A DNA stretch of 64,000 bases from Candidatus Hadarchaeales archaeon (GTDB taxonomy: Archaea > Hadarchaeota > Hadarchaeia > Hadarchaeales > Hadarchaeaceae), in NCBI GenBank assembly GCA_038823825.1, contig JAWBCC010000003.1, positions 69,351-133,350 of the forward strand, given 5' to 3'. The translations under genes and the position numbers were made by a program. This document shows, piece by piece, positions 36,408 through 45,594 of the stretch. The notes beneath the pieces were generated by a model. It saw only the letters and a program-made list of their open reading frames with translations, ran no database searches and was not told the origin of the DNA. Position 1 is the first letter of the stretch; every line of letters begins with the position of its first letter.

Positions 36408-37919
36408 GTGATAGAAATAAAGAGGACCATCGCGGAGATAAACGAGAAAATCAAGCGAGGGGATGCCGTAATTCTCACGGCGGAAGAGATGGTAGAATTG
36501 GTCAGGGAAAAAGGTGCCGAGGCAGCCGCAAAGGAAGTTGACGTTGTGACCACAGGAACATTCGGCCTCATGTGTAGTTCTGGAGCATTTCTAAACTTCG
36601 GTCACTCGGATCCTCCGATAAAATTCGGAGGAGGAGAAGTCTACCTGAATGACGTTCCGGCCTACGCTGGCCTAGCTGCAGTCGATGTGTACATAGGTGC
36701 AACGGCTCTCTCCAGGAGCAAGGGCATTGAGTACGGCGGCGGCCACGTCATCGAGGATTTAGTCAGCGGGAGAGAGATAGAGTTGGAGGCCAAAGCATAT
36801 GGGACCGACTGTTATCCGCGACGAGAAATAAAGCTTACGTTCACGATTCACGATCTGAACCAGGCGATCCTCTGTAACCCAAGAAATGCTTACCAGCGAT
36901 ACGTCGCAGCGACAAATTCAACAGACGAAACGCTTTACACATATATGGGCACGCTTCTTCCGAAATTCGGAAACGTGACATTTGCGGGAACGGGTGAGCT
37001 TGGTCCGCTCGCGAAAGATCCGAACTACGAAACTATTGGAATCGGAACTAGGATTTTCTTAGCCGGTGCCCAGGGATATATAGTAGGCGAAGGAACGCAG
37101 CACGATCCAAAAAAGCAACGTGGAACGATAATGGTTGCTGGAGATCTAAAGCAGATGGATGCAAAATATCTACGTGGTGCGACAGTACATAAGTACGGGA
37201 CGTCGCTTTTTGTGGGAATCGGAATACCCATTCCGATTATCAGTGAGCGAGTTGCCGCATCTGCCGGAATCAGCGATGAGCAAATAATGATAGATCTTCT
37301 AGACTATGGGGTTCCGAGACGGGAAAGGCCGATTATCAGGAAAGTCAGCTATGCTGAGTTAAAGTCCGGTAAAGTGGAGATTTACGGAAAGGATGTTCCC
37401 GTTAGCCCGCTTAGCAGCATAAAAATCTCGAGGGAGATTGCAGAGAAGCTTAAGGAGCTCATAGAAAAGGGAGAATTCTTGCTTTCCGAGCCCGTCGCAA
37501 GACTTTCGACGGAGAGGGAATTCAAACCAATGCGTCAGCCGGAAAGGGTTATTGTGGCCAAAGATTTGATGACGAGGGAGGTTATAACCTGCAAGCCGGA
37601 AACCCCGATAGCGGAGGCTGCAAGAATTCTAGCTAGGGGAGGCTTCGATCACTTACCAGTGGTAGACGACTCAGGGACCCTAGTTGGTATTGTCACTTCT
37701 TGGGATCTAGCCATCTCTATAGGTTCTGGCAAAAACAAGGTTGCCGAGATAATGACGAGAAAGGTGATAACGGCCGTAGAGAATGAACCTATCGAATCGG
37801 TCGCCAGAAAACTAGATGAGCATGGCATCTCGGGGGTCCCAGTTATTGACGCCTTCCGCAGGGTTGTTGGAATAATCACTACCGACGACATCTCCAAGCT
37901 GATCGGGAAGAGGAGGTGA
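36408..37919 (+). CDS. COG1900/DUF39 protein with tandem C-terminal CBS domains (homocysteine biosynthesis protein, MA1821-like)
   Basis: GTG start with a GGGAGG RBS. N-terminus IEIKRTIAEINEKIKRGDAVILTAEEMVELV is typical of DUF39. Two CBS domains at the C-terminus (HLPVVDDSGTLVGIVTSWDL; GVPVIDAFRRVVGIITTDDI). Confidence 0.8.
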   Translation: MIEIKRTIAEINEKIKRGDAVILTAEEMVELVREKGAEAAAKEVDVVTTGTFGLMCSSGAFLNFGHSDPPIKFGGGEVYLNDVPAYAGLAAVDVYIGATALSRSKGIEYGGGHVIEDLVSGREIELEAKAYGTDCYPRREIKLTFTIHDLNQAILCNPRNAYQRYVAATNSTDETLYTYMGTLLPKFGNVTFAGTGELGPLAKDPNYETIGIGTRIFLAGAQGYIVGEGTQHDPKKQRGTIMVAGDLKQMDAKYLRGATVHKYGTSLFVGIGIPIPIISERVAASAGISDEQIMIDLLDYGVPRRERPIIRKVSYAELKSGKVEIYGKDVPVSPLSSIKISREIAEKLKELIEKGEFLLSEPVARLSTEREFKPMRQPERVIVAKDLMTREVITCKPETPIAEAARILARGGFDHLPVVDDSGTLVGIVTSWDLAISIGSGKNKVAEIMTRKVITAVENEPIESVARKLDEHGISGVPVIDAFRRVVGIITTDDISKLIGKRR

Positions 37920-37923
37920 TTTC

Positions 37924-38325
37924 ATGAAAAAGAAAATTCTTCTGAAATATTCAGCAACGAAAGCAACGGAACCGGTGCTGGCTTCAGCTATAAAAGAGAC
38001 TGGACTCCTTGTCAACATCCTCTACGCGGACATCGACAGTTCCGGTGGAGAAATAATGATTTCTGTGGACGCACCTCAGCATGAGCTAGAAAGACTCCTT
38101 CAGAAACTCAGAGATTTGGGTGTTGAGGTGGAAGAGATCAGAAGAGTCATAAAGCTCGATGAGTCGCGCTGCGTTCATTGTGGCGCTTGCGTTTCGATAT
38201 GTCCGACGCAAGCTTTACGTCTCACAAATGATTTCTCCTTGAAGCTTGATGAAGAAAAGTGCGTTTATTGTGAGGCATGCATTCCGACATGCCCCATGAG
38301 AGCTCTCAAGATCGGGAGGTGGTAA
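37924..38325 (+). CDS. NIL-domain / 2x[4Fe-4S] ferredoxin protein (MA1822-like partner of DUF39)
   Basis: N-terminal NIL-like domain. C-terminal CVHCGACVSICP and CVYCEACIPTCP motifs. Confidence 0.8.
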   Translation: MKKKILLKYSATKATEPVLASAIKETGLLVNILYADIDSSGGEIMISVDAPQHELERLLQKLRDLGVEVEEIRRVIKLDESRCVHCGACVSICPTQALRLTNDFSLKLDEEKCVYCEACIPTCPMRALKIGRW

Positions 38326-39056
38326 CCTTTCTAACGGCGAGATGGAGACGAGGAGAAACAACTCTGCTCATTAAGGCTAAATCCAAAGAAGCGATTCTTG
38401 CAGCCATTGAGGCGGCTAAGCAAGCTAGATTCGAAATAGAAGGATACGTTCTGCGTTATCCCGAGTTCAGATATTCTCTCCATCCGCTGAAAATTAGGGA
38501 CCCTGAGAAGCCAAAGGTGGTTTCTCTTATGTTGAGAGCAGCTGAAATCGCAGGTGTCGGACCTTTTGCAGCGGTAGCAGGAGCTATCGCTCAGGTTGCT
38601 TCCGTAGCAGCTTCCGAGGTGGGTGGGGCTATTGTTGAGAACGGTGGAGACATCTCGGCGTCCGGAAAATTCGATTTTTCGGTCGGAATCTTCGCCGGGG
38701 ATTCTCCACTTTCGGGTACCATCGGCTTCAGGATAACAAGTGGAGATCTCCCAATCGGCATATGCACGAGTTCCGGAACCGTTGGTCATTCTATAAGTTT
38801 TGGTGTGGCAGACGCAGTTGTAGTAGTAGCAGACGAAGCCTCGGTTGCAGATGCGGCAGCAACTGCAATAGCAAATGAGGTGACAGGAGAAGACATCGAA
38901 CAATCTATAAAAAATGGCTTGGAAAAAGCCGACGAGATAGACGAAGTAAGAGGGTGTCTAATAATTCGCGGAAAAATGGCTGGAATGAAAGGAAAGCTTC
39001 CCAAGCTTATTCCGACCGAAAGAAAAAGTGTTTTAAAAGAAATAGATTGGGTCTAA
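38313..39056 (+). CDS. Ala/Gly-rich ApbE-like protein, possibly COG2122/UPF0280 (a candidate third component of the sulfide-to-homocysteine module)
   Basis: TTLLIKAKSKEAILAAIEAAK... then GVGPFAAVAGAIAQ...GGAIVENGGDISASG...ISFGVADAVVVVADEA. The start is uncertain: an in-frame GTG at 38313, or an ATG at 38277 inside the upstream gene. Confidence 0.4.
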   Translation, partial: REVVTFLTARWRRGETTLLIKAKSKEAILAAIEAAKQARFEIEGYVLRYPEFRYSLHPLKIRDPEKPKVVSLMLRAAEIAGVGPFAAVAGAIAQVASVAASEVGGAIVENGGDISASGKFDFSVGIFAGDSPLSGTIGFRITSGDLPIGICTSSGTVGHSISFGVADAVVVVADEASVADAAATAIANEVTGEDIEQSIKNGLEKADEIDEVRGCLIIRGKMAGMKGKLPKLIPTERKSVLKEIDWV

Positions 39057-39059
39057 TCG

Positions 39060-39542
39060 GTGAATCAATTGGAAAACCGAAAATATCTTTTGATTTTTGT
39101 AGCCCTCGTCTTGGCAGGCTTATTGTGCTATTTCATTTTCAGGATTGGGCGCTCTAAAACTTCCGAAAATTTCCCAAGCTTTGTGGAAAGAATAGTAATA
39201 GTCAAAAGGGTGATCGACGGGGACACAATTGAATTAAACAACGGTGAGAGGGTAAGGCTTGTCGGAATAAACGCTCCAGAGCTTTACCACGATCCTCCTG
39301 AGCCCGGGGCGTTAGAGGCTAAAGAATTCTTAGAAAACCTGTGTCCTCCTGGGTCAACAGTAGGTCTGAACGTTGACGACATGAAACCACATGATTTCTA
39401 CGGCAGAACTCTGGCGGTCGTCTATGTGCTAGTGGATGGAAAATGGATAAACGCGAATGCGGAGCTGCTTAAGCACGGTTTTGCTGAAATTTTATTCATT
39501 CCACCATCGGAGTTCAACCCATGGGAGTGGCTAGAGGATTAA
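39060..39542 (+). CDS. Membrane-anchored thermonuclease (staphylococcal nuclease homologue)
   Basis: N-terminal TM helix. VIDGDTIELNNGERVRLVGINAPE is the classic SNase active-site region. Confidence 0.8.
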   Translation: MNQLENRKYLLIFVALVLAGLLCYFIFRIGRSKTSENFPSFVERIVIVKRVIDGDTIELNNGERVRLVGINAPELYHDPPEPGALEAKEFLENLCPPGSTVGLNVDDMKPHDFYGRTLAVVYVLVDGKWINANAELLKHGFAEILFIPPSEFNPWEWLED

Positions 39543-40420
39543 AAAATTGTGCCTGCCATGAAAGAGAGCAGACCGAAAAACATCCCGAGTTTACAATAGT
39601 TTGAGGCCATCGCTGCAGATTTCTTTGTTTGGGCTTTCACAATTTCACCTATGGCCGTGATGAAAGCGAACAACGACATCGGTAAAAAGAGAACGTAACC
39701 TGTTCTCAATATGCCGCAAACAAGCGGTAAGGGAGACAAGCAGATGGCAACAAGAACAAATATACTGGCAACGGCCGCACCAGTTCTTTTACCATATCTT
39801 ATTGGAAATGTTTCTAATCCCAGTCTTTTATCTCCCTCGAAATCCTGGATGGATTTTATGATTTCCCTTCCAACAGTCGAGAAGAAAGATAGAAGAACAA
39901 GCAAAAGCAAGGACGCCGGTAGAAACTCTTGTCTGAAAGGATAGAGTGCAATCCCGCCGAAAAGAAATGTGGATCCAACGAGATATCCGATCGTAATGTT
40001 GCCTGGCAATCCGGTTCGCTTGAGTCGGGCCGAGTATGCTACAAGCATGAGAGCGTTGAATCCGGCTAAAAGCAAGCATGGCATGTTTCTCATGAGCGTG
40101 GCGGTCGCAAATCCAGTGAGAAATAGAATCTTGGAGATTTTAACAGCTTCAGCCGGCTTTATTTTTCCAGAAGGTATTGGTCTATCCGGCCTGTTGATCT
40201 TGTCGATCTTCCTGTCGAAGAAATCGTTGATGGCGTTTCCGCCTCCCGAAATCATAAACGCGGTCAAAAAGGCGAGCAGGTAGAAATACCAGTCTGCTTT
40301 ACCTCCGGCTACAAAAGCTCCGATGATGACAGCTATGCCCGCCAGCAGACAGTTCAGCGGTCGTATGAGCTTCAAGCCAGCAGATAGTTTCTCGATTTTT
40401 GACGGAATATGTTCACCCAC
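39539..40420 (-). CDS. UbiA-family prenyltransferase (possibly digeranylgeranylglyceryl phosphate synthase)
   Basis: NAINDFFDRKIDKINRPDRPIPSG (NDxxDxxxD). Second Asp-rich motif. ~8 TM helices. 293 aa. Confidence 0.75.
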   Translation of the reverse strand: MGEHIPSKIEKLSAGLKLIRPLNCLLAGIAVIIGAFVAGGKADWYFYLLAFLTAFMISGGGNAINDFFDRKIDKINRPDRPIPSGKIKPAEAVKISKILFLTGFATATLMRNMPCLLLAGFNALMLVAYSARLKRTGLPGNITIGYLVGSTFLFGGIALYPFRQEFLPASLLLLVLLSFFSTVGREIIKSIQDFEGDKRLGLETFPIRYGKRTGAAVASIFVLVAICLSPLPLVCGILRTGYVLFLPMSLFAFITAIGEIVKAQTKKSAAMASNYCKLGMFFGLLSFMAGTIF

Positions 40421-40472
40421 CCCTCTCTCCCCGCAAATAACTTAAGAGTTATCCCGGAGCTTCTACCAGACG

Positions 40473-41522
40473 ATGAACGAAATTACTCTGGAAGACTCTA
40501 TTATGAAGCTCGTCGAGGAAATAAGATTCTACGAGATCAGAAGGATGAAGCTTATCAAGAAAATTCTGGAGAAAAATGTTTTCTCCAAGCTGAAAATGAG
40601 GATACAAAAGTTGACCATGGACGAAATTTCTGTTTGTGGAGTGGACGGAGGAATGTTGCAGTTGCAGTTGAACGGTTTAGATGTTGTCGCGATCAGAGCT
40701 GTGGCCGTCGTTTTTCATTATCTAGCAGGTAGACTGGCTTCGGTTGAATATTTTCCTTCAGGTCCAGCCCCAATTCATTTCTTTTTGGTCAAGGAGCCGT
40801 TAGACAAAGTTAAGACGGACTCATTGGCAGGCATGAGAAGACAAATACTAGAAGTTTCTAGGGCTAGAGAAGTGATAGGGAAAGGGGCAGCGCAACTCGT
40901 TTTGTTAGATGGATCGATTCTTCCGCAATATGTAGAGAGATTTCAGGATTGCAGGGAGTACGCCGAGCAATATGACGAGCTTATAACCTCATATAGAAGG
41001 CTTTTCGAGGAAGCAGAAAGCAAGGGCGTTTTGTTGGCCGGCCTTGTGAAGGATAGCAGGGGAAAGAGATTTTGTCAAATGCTTGCAGAGTTAGCAGAGT
41101 TGGACGGAGAAGATAAAGACTTTCTTCTCAGCTACCGCGATATCGCTATTCTCGATGAAATCTTATCCGAGAAAGAGCGTACGATCGCTTTCCCTTACAC
41201 CGAGGAATTTCCTCCGCAAACCTTGGGAGGTCTTGAGGATTTCGGTAGAAAAGTTAACGTATTCTATGCGAGGATGTCGCAGTTTGATGTGCCGTTTCGT
41301 GTTGAGTTTTTAGCAACCAGGAATTCTGAAGAAGTTGCGGATGAACTCTCCTCGATCTTGGAATTCCTCTTTTCTTTCGGTTTTGGGTTTTCGATTCCAC
41401 CCGTCCTGGTGGAGGCAGATTTCAGAGCGAGATTAAGAGAGGAGGCGGAATGGATCCAAGAAAGGGTTTTCGATGTTATTGGTCCAAGATTCTTGACGAG
41501 GCGGGATCGGAGACCTCTGTGA
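40473..41522 (+). CDS. nurA: NurA 5'-3' nuclease
   Basis: ISVCGVDGG (GIDGS-like), VLLDGSILPQ and GLVKDS motifs of the NurA domain. Confidence 0.75.
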   Translation: MNEITLEDSIMKLVEEIRFYEIRRMKLIKKILEKNVFSKLKMRIQKLTMDEISVCGVDGGMLQLQLNGLDVVAIRAVAVVFHYLAGRLASVEYFPSGPAPIHFFLVKEPLDKVKTDSLAGMRRQILEVSRAREVIGKGAAQLVLLDGSILPQYVERFQDCREYAEQYDELITSYRRLFEEAESKGVLLAGLVKDSRGKRFCQMLAELAELDGEDKDFLLSYRDIAILDEILSEKERTIAFPYTEEFPPQTLGGLEDFGRKVNVFYARMSQFDVPFRVEFLATRNSEEVADELSSILEFLFSFGFGFSIPPVLVEADFRARLREEAEWIQERVFDVIGPRFLTRRDRRPL

Positions 41523-41531
41523 GGTGGTCTG

Positions 41532-43088
41532 GTGGAGCTAGGTACTGTCATCGCTACGCCCGATGGGCCCACTCCCAGAAAATTCTGCTTTGTGGTAAAA
41601 GAAGGAGTTGTGGTTGGACTAAACAAGTTTGTGAAAGTAGAAGTCGACGGAAACTGGGCTTACGGTTATGTCAAGAACGTTGTGAGAATGAACAGGTATT
41701 TCCAAAAGACCGATGCTGTGTGGGAATATGAAAGAGGGGGAGGATTGAGCGCGGCTTTTCCGACGAGCATGTGGGAATATTCCATCGCAGAGGTTTGGGT
41801 TTTTGGATATTTGAAAGAGGGTTTTCTCAGAAGACCCTCCTTGCCACCATCGCCAGGCAAAGTTGTTTTCGATTTAACGGATGAAGAACTTAGATTTGTG
41901 CTCGGTTTAGACGAAGATGGATTAGAAATTGGGGAACTCGAGGAGCAAAATCTCCTAGTTAGACTTAACCCAACTCGTCTTTTACAGAAACATCTCGCCG
42001 TGCTCGCGATGTCCGGTGCAGGAAAAAGTAACTGCGCAAAGGTGATTGTGGAGGAGCTTTTGAAGAGAAACCCGGAGAGAGGGAGGCCAGCAGTTCTGAT
42101 ATTTGACGTTCACGGGGAATATTCTGATCTGGTTCGAAGTTTTCCCGGACAGGTTGTTGAGGTTAAGGCAGAGAACATTAAAATAAATACTTCTGAGCTG
42201 ACGGTTTGGCATTTCCGAGAATTCATTCCAGAAATGACTGGCAGCCAAGCCAGAGAGCTCGCTCAAATACTCGATGATCTCAAATCGAAGAAAGGATTTT
42301 TCGAGATCTGGGACATCATAAATCGTCTACGGGAGTTGGAAGGATTAAACAAGAATCTGAGAGGGGCGTTGGAAGGATGGCTTTTTGACTTACAATCTCT
42401 TGGTATTTTCGGCAGAGAAGACTGTCCTAGATGGGACTCGCTGATTTTTCCAGGACGCGCAGTTGTGGTGAACATGGAAAGGATGACGAGTCTGACGAAG
42501 AAGCAGATTCTGCTGACATACATTGTTAACAGGATTTTCCATCTGCGGAGGAGAGGACTAGTCCCACCGATAGTTCTGGTGATCGAAGAAGCACACACTT
42601 TTGCCCCAACGGAAGCAGCGATTTCTAAACATGTTCTGGAGACGGTCGCAAGGGAAGGAAGAAAATTCCACATTTCGCTCGTTGTCATTTCCCAGCGACC
42701 TGTTAGGCTTTCGACCACGTTGCTCTCGCAAACGAACACGAATATAATCTTAAGGATAACGAATCCATATGATCTTGAACACATAAAGAAATCTTCCGAA
42801 ATGGTGACCGGGGAGGTGGCAGAATCTATATCTAGTTTAGCTGTTGGTGAAGCACTTGTCGTTGGAGAAGCCGTGAACGTTCCAATCTTCGTTAGAATCA
42901 GGCGAGTATCATCACCCATCTCCTTTGAATTTAGCTTGGAAGAAGCAGCAAGACTTTACGAGCTTTCGCTTTCCGTCGGAATTGAGAGAACTGCGAAAGA
43001 AGAGCACTCATCGAGCCTTAGTATGACATCTGACGGAAGCACCTGTTCCTCCGCATACTCGTCCAGAACCGGTGAGAGATCGACATGA
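41532..43088 (+). CDS. herA: HerA bipolar DNA helicase (FtsK/HerA ATPase)
   Basis: N-terminal HAS barrel. Walker A LAMSGAGKSN. Walker B VLVIEEAHTF. 518 aa, immediately after nurA. Confidence 0.85.
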   Translation: MELGTVIATPDGPTPRKFCFVVKEGVVVGLNKFVKVEVDGNWAYGYVKNVVRMNRYFQKTDAVWEYERGGGLSAAFPTSMWEYSIAEVWVFGYLKEGFLRRPSLPPSPGKVVFDLTDEELRFVLGLDEDGLEIGELEEQNLLVRLNPTRLLQKHLAVLAMSGAGKSNCAKVIVEELLKRNPERGRPAVLIFDVHGEYSDLVRSFPGQVVEVKAENIKINTSELTVWHFREFIPEMTGSQARELAQILDDLKSKKGFFEIWDIINRLRELEGLNKNLRGALEGWLFDLQSLGIFGREDCPRWDSLIFPGRAVVVNMERMTSLTKKQILLTYIVNRIFHLRRRGLVPPIVLVIEEAHTFAPTEAAISKHVLETVAREGRKFHISLVVISQRPVRLSTTLLSQTNTNIILRITNPYDLEHIKKSSEMVTGEVAESISSLAVGEALVVGEAVNVPIFVRIRRVSSPISFEFSLEEAARLYELSLSVGIERTAKEEHSSSLSMTSDGSTCSSAYSSRTGERST

Positions 43089-43609
43089 AAGAAATTGAGA
43101 GTGATGCAGCTCTCGATCGGTTCTTGAGTGCAAGGAAGGGAGCCGGTTGTCCGAAAACGCCTATACTGCTGAACGGCTCTGCGGAGTAATTGATGTTCGC
43201 CTTTTAAGAATTCCTTCCCTACGAGTTTTGCATTTAGACCCTCCAAAATTTCGGAGCAGAGCTCTTCCTCAATGGAAACGACCGGAAATCCTAAATGAGA
43301 AGCTAATAAAATCGTTCTGAGATCCGTAAGAGATATTTCTCGTTCCTCGAGGAAAAGCAATCTTCTGGCCAGCTCGTCCAAGATCTCTGGCAGATAAAGG
43401 GCGAAGATTTCGCCGTTTCGCAAAAGCTGGTTTACAAATGTATATTTTATGACGTGCTTTCTTACTTGAATCAGTTTATCTCTGGCCAGCCAAGAATACG
43501 TAACTGAAGGTATGAAAAGGTCTCCATCTAGGAGAAGACGTACCCTTCTGAAATTCTGGAAAGAAGAGAGAATCCCAACATCGCAGACAGCTCCGTATCT
43601 AAACATCAA
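42956..43609 (-). CDS. Hypothetical protein (217 aa). Its 3' end overlaps the herA 3' end on the opposite strand by ~130 nt.
   Basis: Long ORF with no recognizable motif. The overlap suggests either a shorter true product or a spurious call. Confidence 0.3.
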   Translation of the reverse strand: MMFRYGAVCDVGILSSFQNFRRVRLLLDGDLFIPSVTYSWLARDKLIQVRKHVIKYTFVNQLLRNGEIFALYLPEILDELARRLLFLEEREISLTDLRTILLASHLGFPVVSIEEELCSEILEGLNAKLVGKEFLKGEHQLLRRAVQQYRRFRTTGSLPCTQEPIESCITLNFFHVDLSPVLDEYAEEQVLPSDVILRLDECSSFAVLSIPTESESS

Positions 43610-43647
43610 CTGGCTTTTAAAACGAGGAGGTTAAATAATCCGAACAT

Positions 43648-44574
43648 TTAAAAATCAAGTCTTATTTTCTGGTTTTTTATGAACTTCAGAACCTCCTCGA
43701 GTGTTGGCATGGAGGGCATTGCTCCGATTTTTGTCACAACCAAGCTTCCCACCGCGTTGGCGAAGATGGCAGTTTTTCTCACATCCCATCCTTTCAGAGT
43801 TCCATAAATAGCGCCTCCCATAAATCCATCTCCTGCTCCAGTTCTATCTACCACTTCAACGTCGGGCACACCCAGATATCCTCTTTGATCCCCCTCCGCG
43901 TAGTAACATCCTTTTGGACCCAGTGTGAGGAAAACCCTCCTCGCGTATCTTAAAACCTTGTTGACCCCTCTCTCTATGTCTTCCCCAAAAAGAAAGCGTA
44001 ACTCTTCGTCATTCATTTTGACAATATCAGCCATCATAAGACCTTGCACGATCATCCTCTTTGCCTTAGTTTCGCTATCCCACAAGTTCAGCCTGAGATT
44101 AGGGTCAAAGGAAATTATCGCCCTGTTTTTCCTTGCGACTTCTATGGCTTTCAAAGTTGCACTCCTTGAGGGTTCACAAATCATAGAAATGCTGCCAAAA
44201 TGGAAAATCCTGCAGCCCGCGAGCTTTTCTCTGTCGATTTCCGATGGTTTGAGATTCGCATCAGCGCCTCTTCTAAACTCAAACCTCCGCTCCCCCGTTT
44301 CATCAACGAAGACGAATGCTAGAGTAGTCCCGATTTTATCTTTCAAGATTCCATCGACATCGACTCCAGCTTCGCTCATAGTTTTTATCAAAAATCTTCC
44401 AAATTGGTCATCTCCAACCTTCCCGATGAATGCGGTTTTTAGTCCGAGTCTTGCACACGCAACGGCAACGTTTGCTGGGGCACCTCCTGCACAACAGGTG
44501 AAAGTCTTACCTCCATCCTTCGAAATCATATCCACCAAAAGTTCTCCCAAGCATATGACGTCAAGACGCTTCAT
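43648..44574 (-). CDS. PfkB-family carbohydrate/nucleoside kinase
   Basis: N-terminal GxGGxxxN-like CCAGGAPANVA and a C-terminal GAGDGFMGGAIYG anion hole. Confidence 0.8.
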   Translation of the reverse strand: MKRLDVICLGELLVDMISKDGGKTFTCCAGGAPANVAVACARLGLKTAFIGKVGDDQFGRFLIKTMSEAGVDVDGILKDKIGTTLAFVFVDETGERRFEFRRGADANLKPSEIDREKLAGCRIFHFGSISMICEPSRSATLKAIEVARKNRAIISFDPNLRLNLWDSETKAKRMIVQGLMMADIVKMNDEELRFLFGEDIERGVNKVLRYARRVFLTLGPKGCYYAEGDQRGYLGVPDVEVVDRTGAGDGFMGGAIYGTLKGWDVRKTAIFANAVGSLVVTKIGAMPSMPTLEEVLKFIKNQKIRLDF

Positions 44575-44730
44575 CTTTTCTCCTTCAAAGGCTGCCTTTT
44601 TATTTCTTCCCTATAAACCCATCAAAACAAAGAGTGAAAGCGGAGCATTAAGAGTATTACCTTTTAAGAGTAATCCCCATACCGCCGGCTTCAATGATTC
44701 GCCGTAGGGGTAAAAATAAATTGCATATAT

Positions 44731-45186
44731 ATGGGAGTTTCACCCAATTTCTTCAGGGTGAATGGAATGCAAATCAGAGTAAATCTCACATACATCTCGG
44801 CGGAAAGATTGATGGAGCCCGGGGAGACCGGTCCGCCTCAGGTACAGATCTCCACGAATGTGAATATCATCGGTGCTGAATTTAAACGAGAAAACTTGGT
44901 AATCCCCTTTATAGTGACCATAAACTATTCCCCTTCTATTGCTCAGATAAGCATGAAAGGTCAAGCATTTATCTCGGGTGAACCGGACGAACTGAAAAAG
45001 ATAGAGACTGGATATAAGGGAAAATCCCCACCATCTCCGCAAATACTACAAGCCATAACGAGTGCATCCTTGATCGAAGCGACAATCATTTCAAGATCCC
45101 TAAACATACCCCCACCACTTCCTCTGCCTTCCATCTCTCAGCAGATGAAATCCGAGGATAAGGAGAAACCGTCCTATGTTGGTTGA
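44731..45186 (+). CDS. Hypothetical protein
   Basis: ORF only. A possible internal start at MQIRVNL. Pro-rich C-terminus. Confidence 0.3.
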   Translation: MGVSPNFFRVNGMQIRVNLTYISAERLMEPGETGPPQVQISTNVNIIGAEFKRENLVIPFIVTINYSPSIAQISMKGQAFISGEPDELKKIETGYKGKSPPSPQILQAITSASLIEATIISRSLNIPPPLPLPSISQQMKSEDKEKPSYVG

Positions 45187-45217
45187 GGGTTCCTGTAGGT
45201 TGGACCCGGCAAACTGG

Positions 45218-45288
45218 CTCCCGGCCGCCATGCCCTGCAGGAGCTCTGGAGTCTCTCCAGCCATGGCTGCAGGTCCACCAGCCGGGAC
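45218..45288. other. Compact GC-rich nested-symmetry element. An inverted repeat CTCCCGGC/GCCGGGAC flanks a direct repeat of CCATG(C/G)CCTGCAGG, which in turn flanks a central CTGGAG-TCT-CTCCAG hairpin.
   Basis: Seen directly in the sequence. Only Arg/Pro/Gly-rich shadow ORFs overlap it. It lies in a 138-bp intergenic gap. Confidence 0.35.
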
Positions 45289-45324
45289 CAGGTCGATAGG
45301 TCCGTTCCAAGATAGGTAGATTAA

Positions 45325-45594
45325 ATGGAAGTAGTGGTGAGACTTCATCCAAGCCTCAAATCCGAAATAGGAACATGCGAGGTCAGAGTGCAGATATCAG
45401 ATTATGAGACAATTGATACGCTTATGATGAAAATAAGTCGCAGATATCCGAAGCTCCTAGAAATGGTTATCGATCCAACTACGGGTGACATAAGAACAGA
45501 CTTCGAGATTTTATTAAACGGCCGGAGGATAAAAGATATCCATACAAAGCTAAAGCACAAGGACGAGATTTCTGTAAATCCGGTTCAAACTTAA
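45325..45594 (+). CDS. Small beta-grasp (MoaD/ThiS-like) protein lacking the C-terminal Gly-Gly
   Basis: EVRVQI..., DFEILLNGRRI and KDEISVNP resemble the ThiS/MoaD core, but the protein ends in PVQT. Confidence 0.3.
   Translation: MEVVVRLHPSLKSEIGTCEVRVQISDYETIDTLMMKISRRYPKLLEMVIDPTTGDIRTDFEILLNGRRIKDIHTKLKHKDEISVNPVQT

Noticed and set aside
44575-44730. Imperfect AAGAGTATTACC / AAGAGTAATCC repeat upstream of the 44731 ORF as a regulatory palindrome
   Set aside because: The match is too short and imperfect to distinguish from chance in an AT-rich promoter region.
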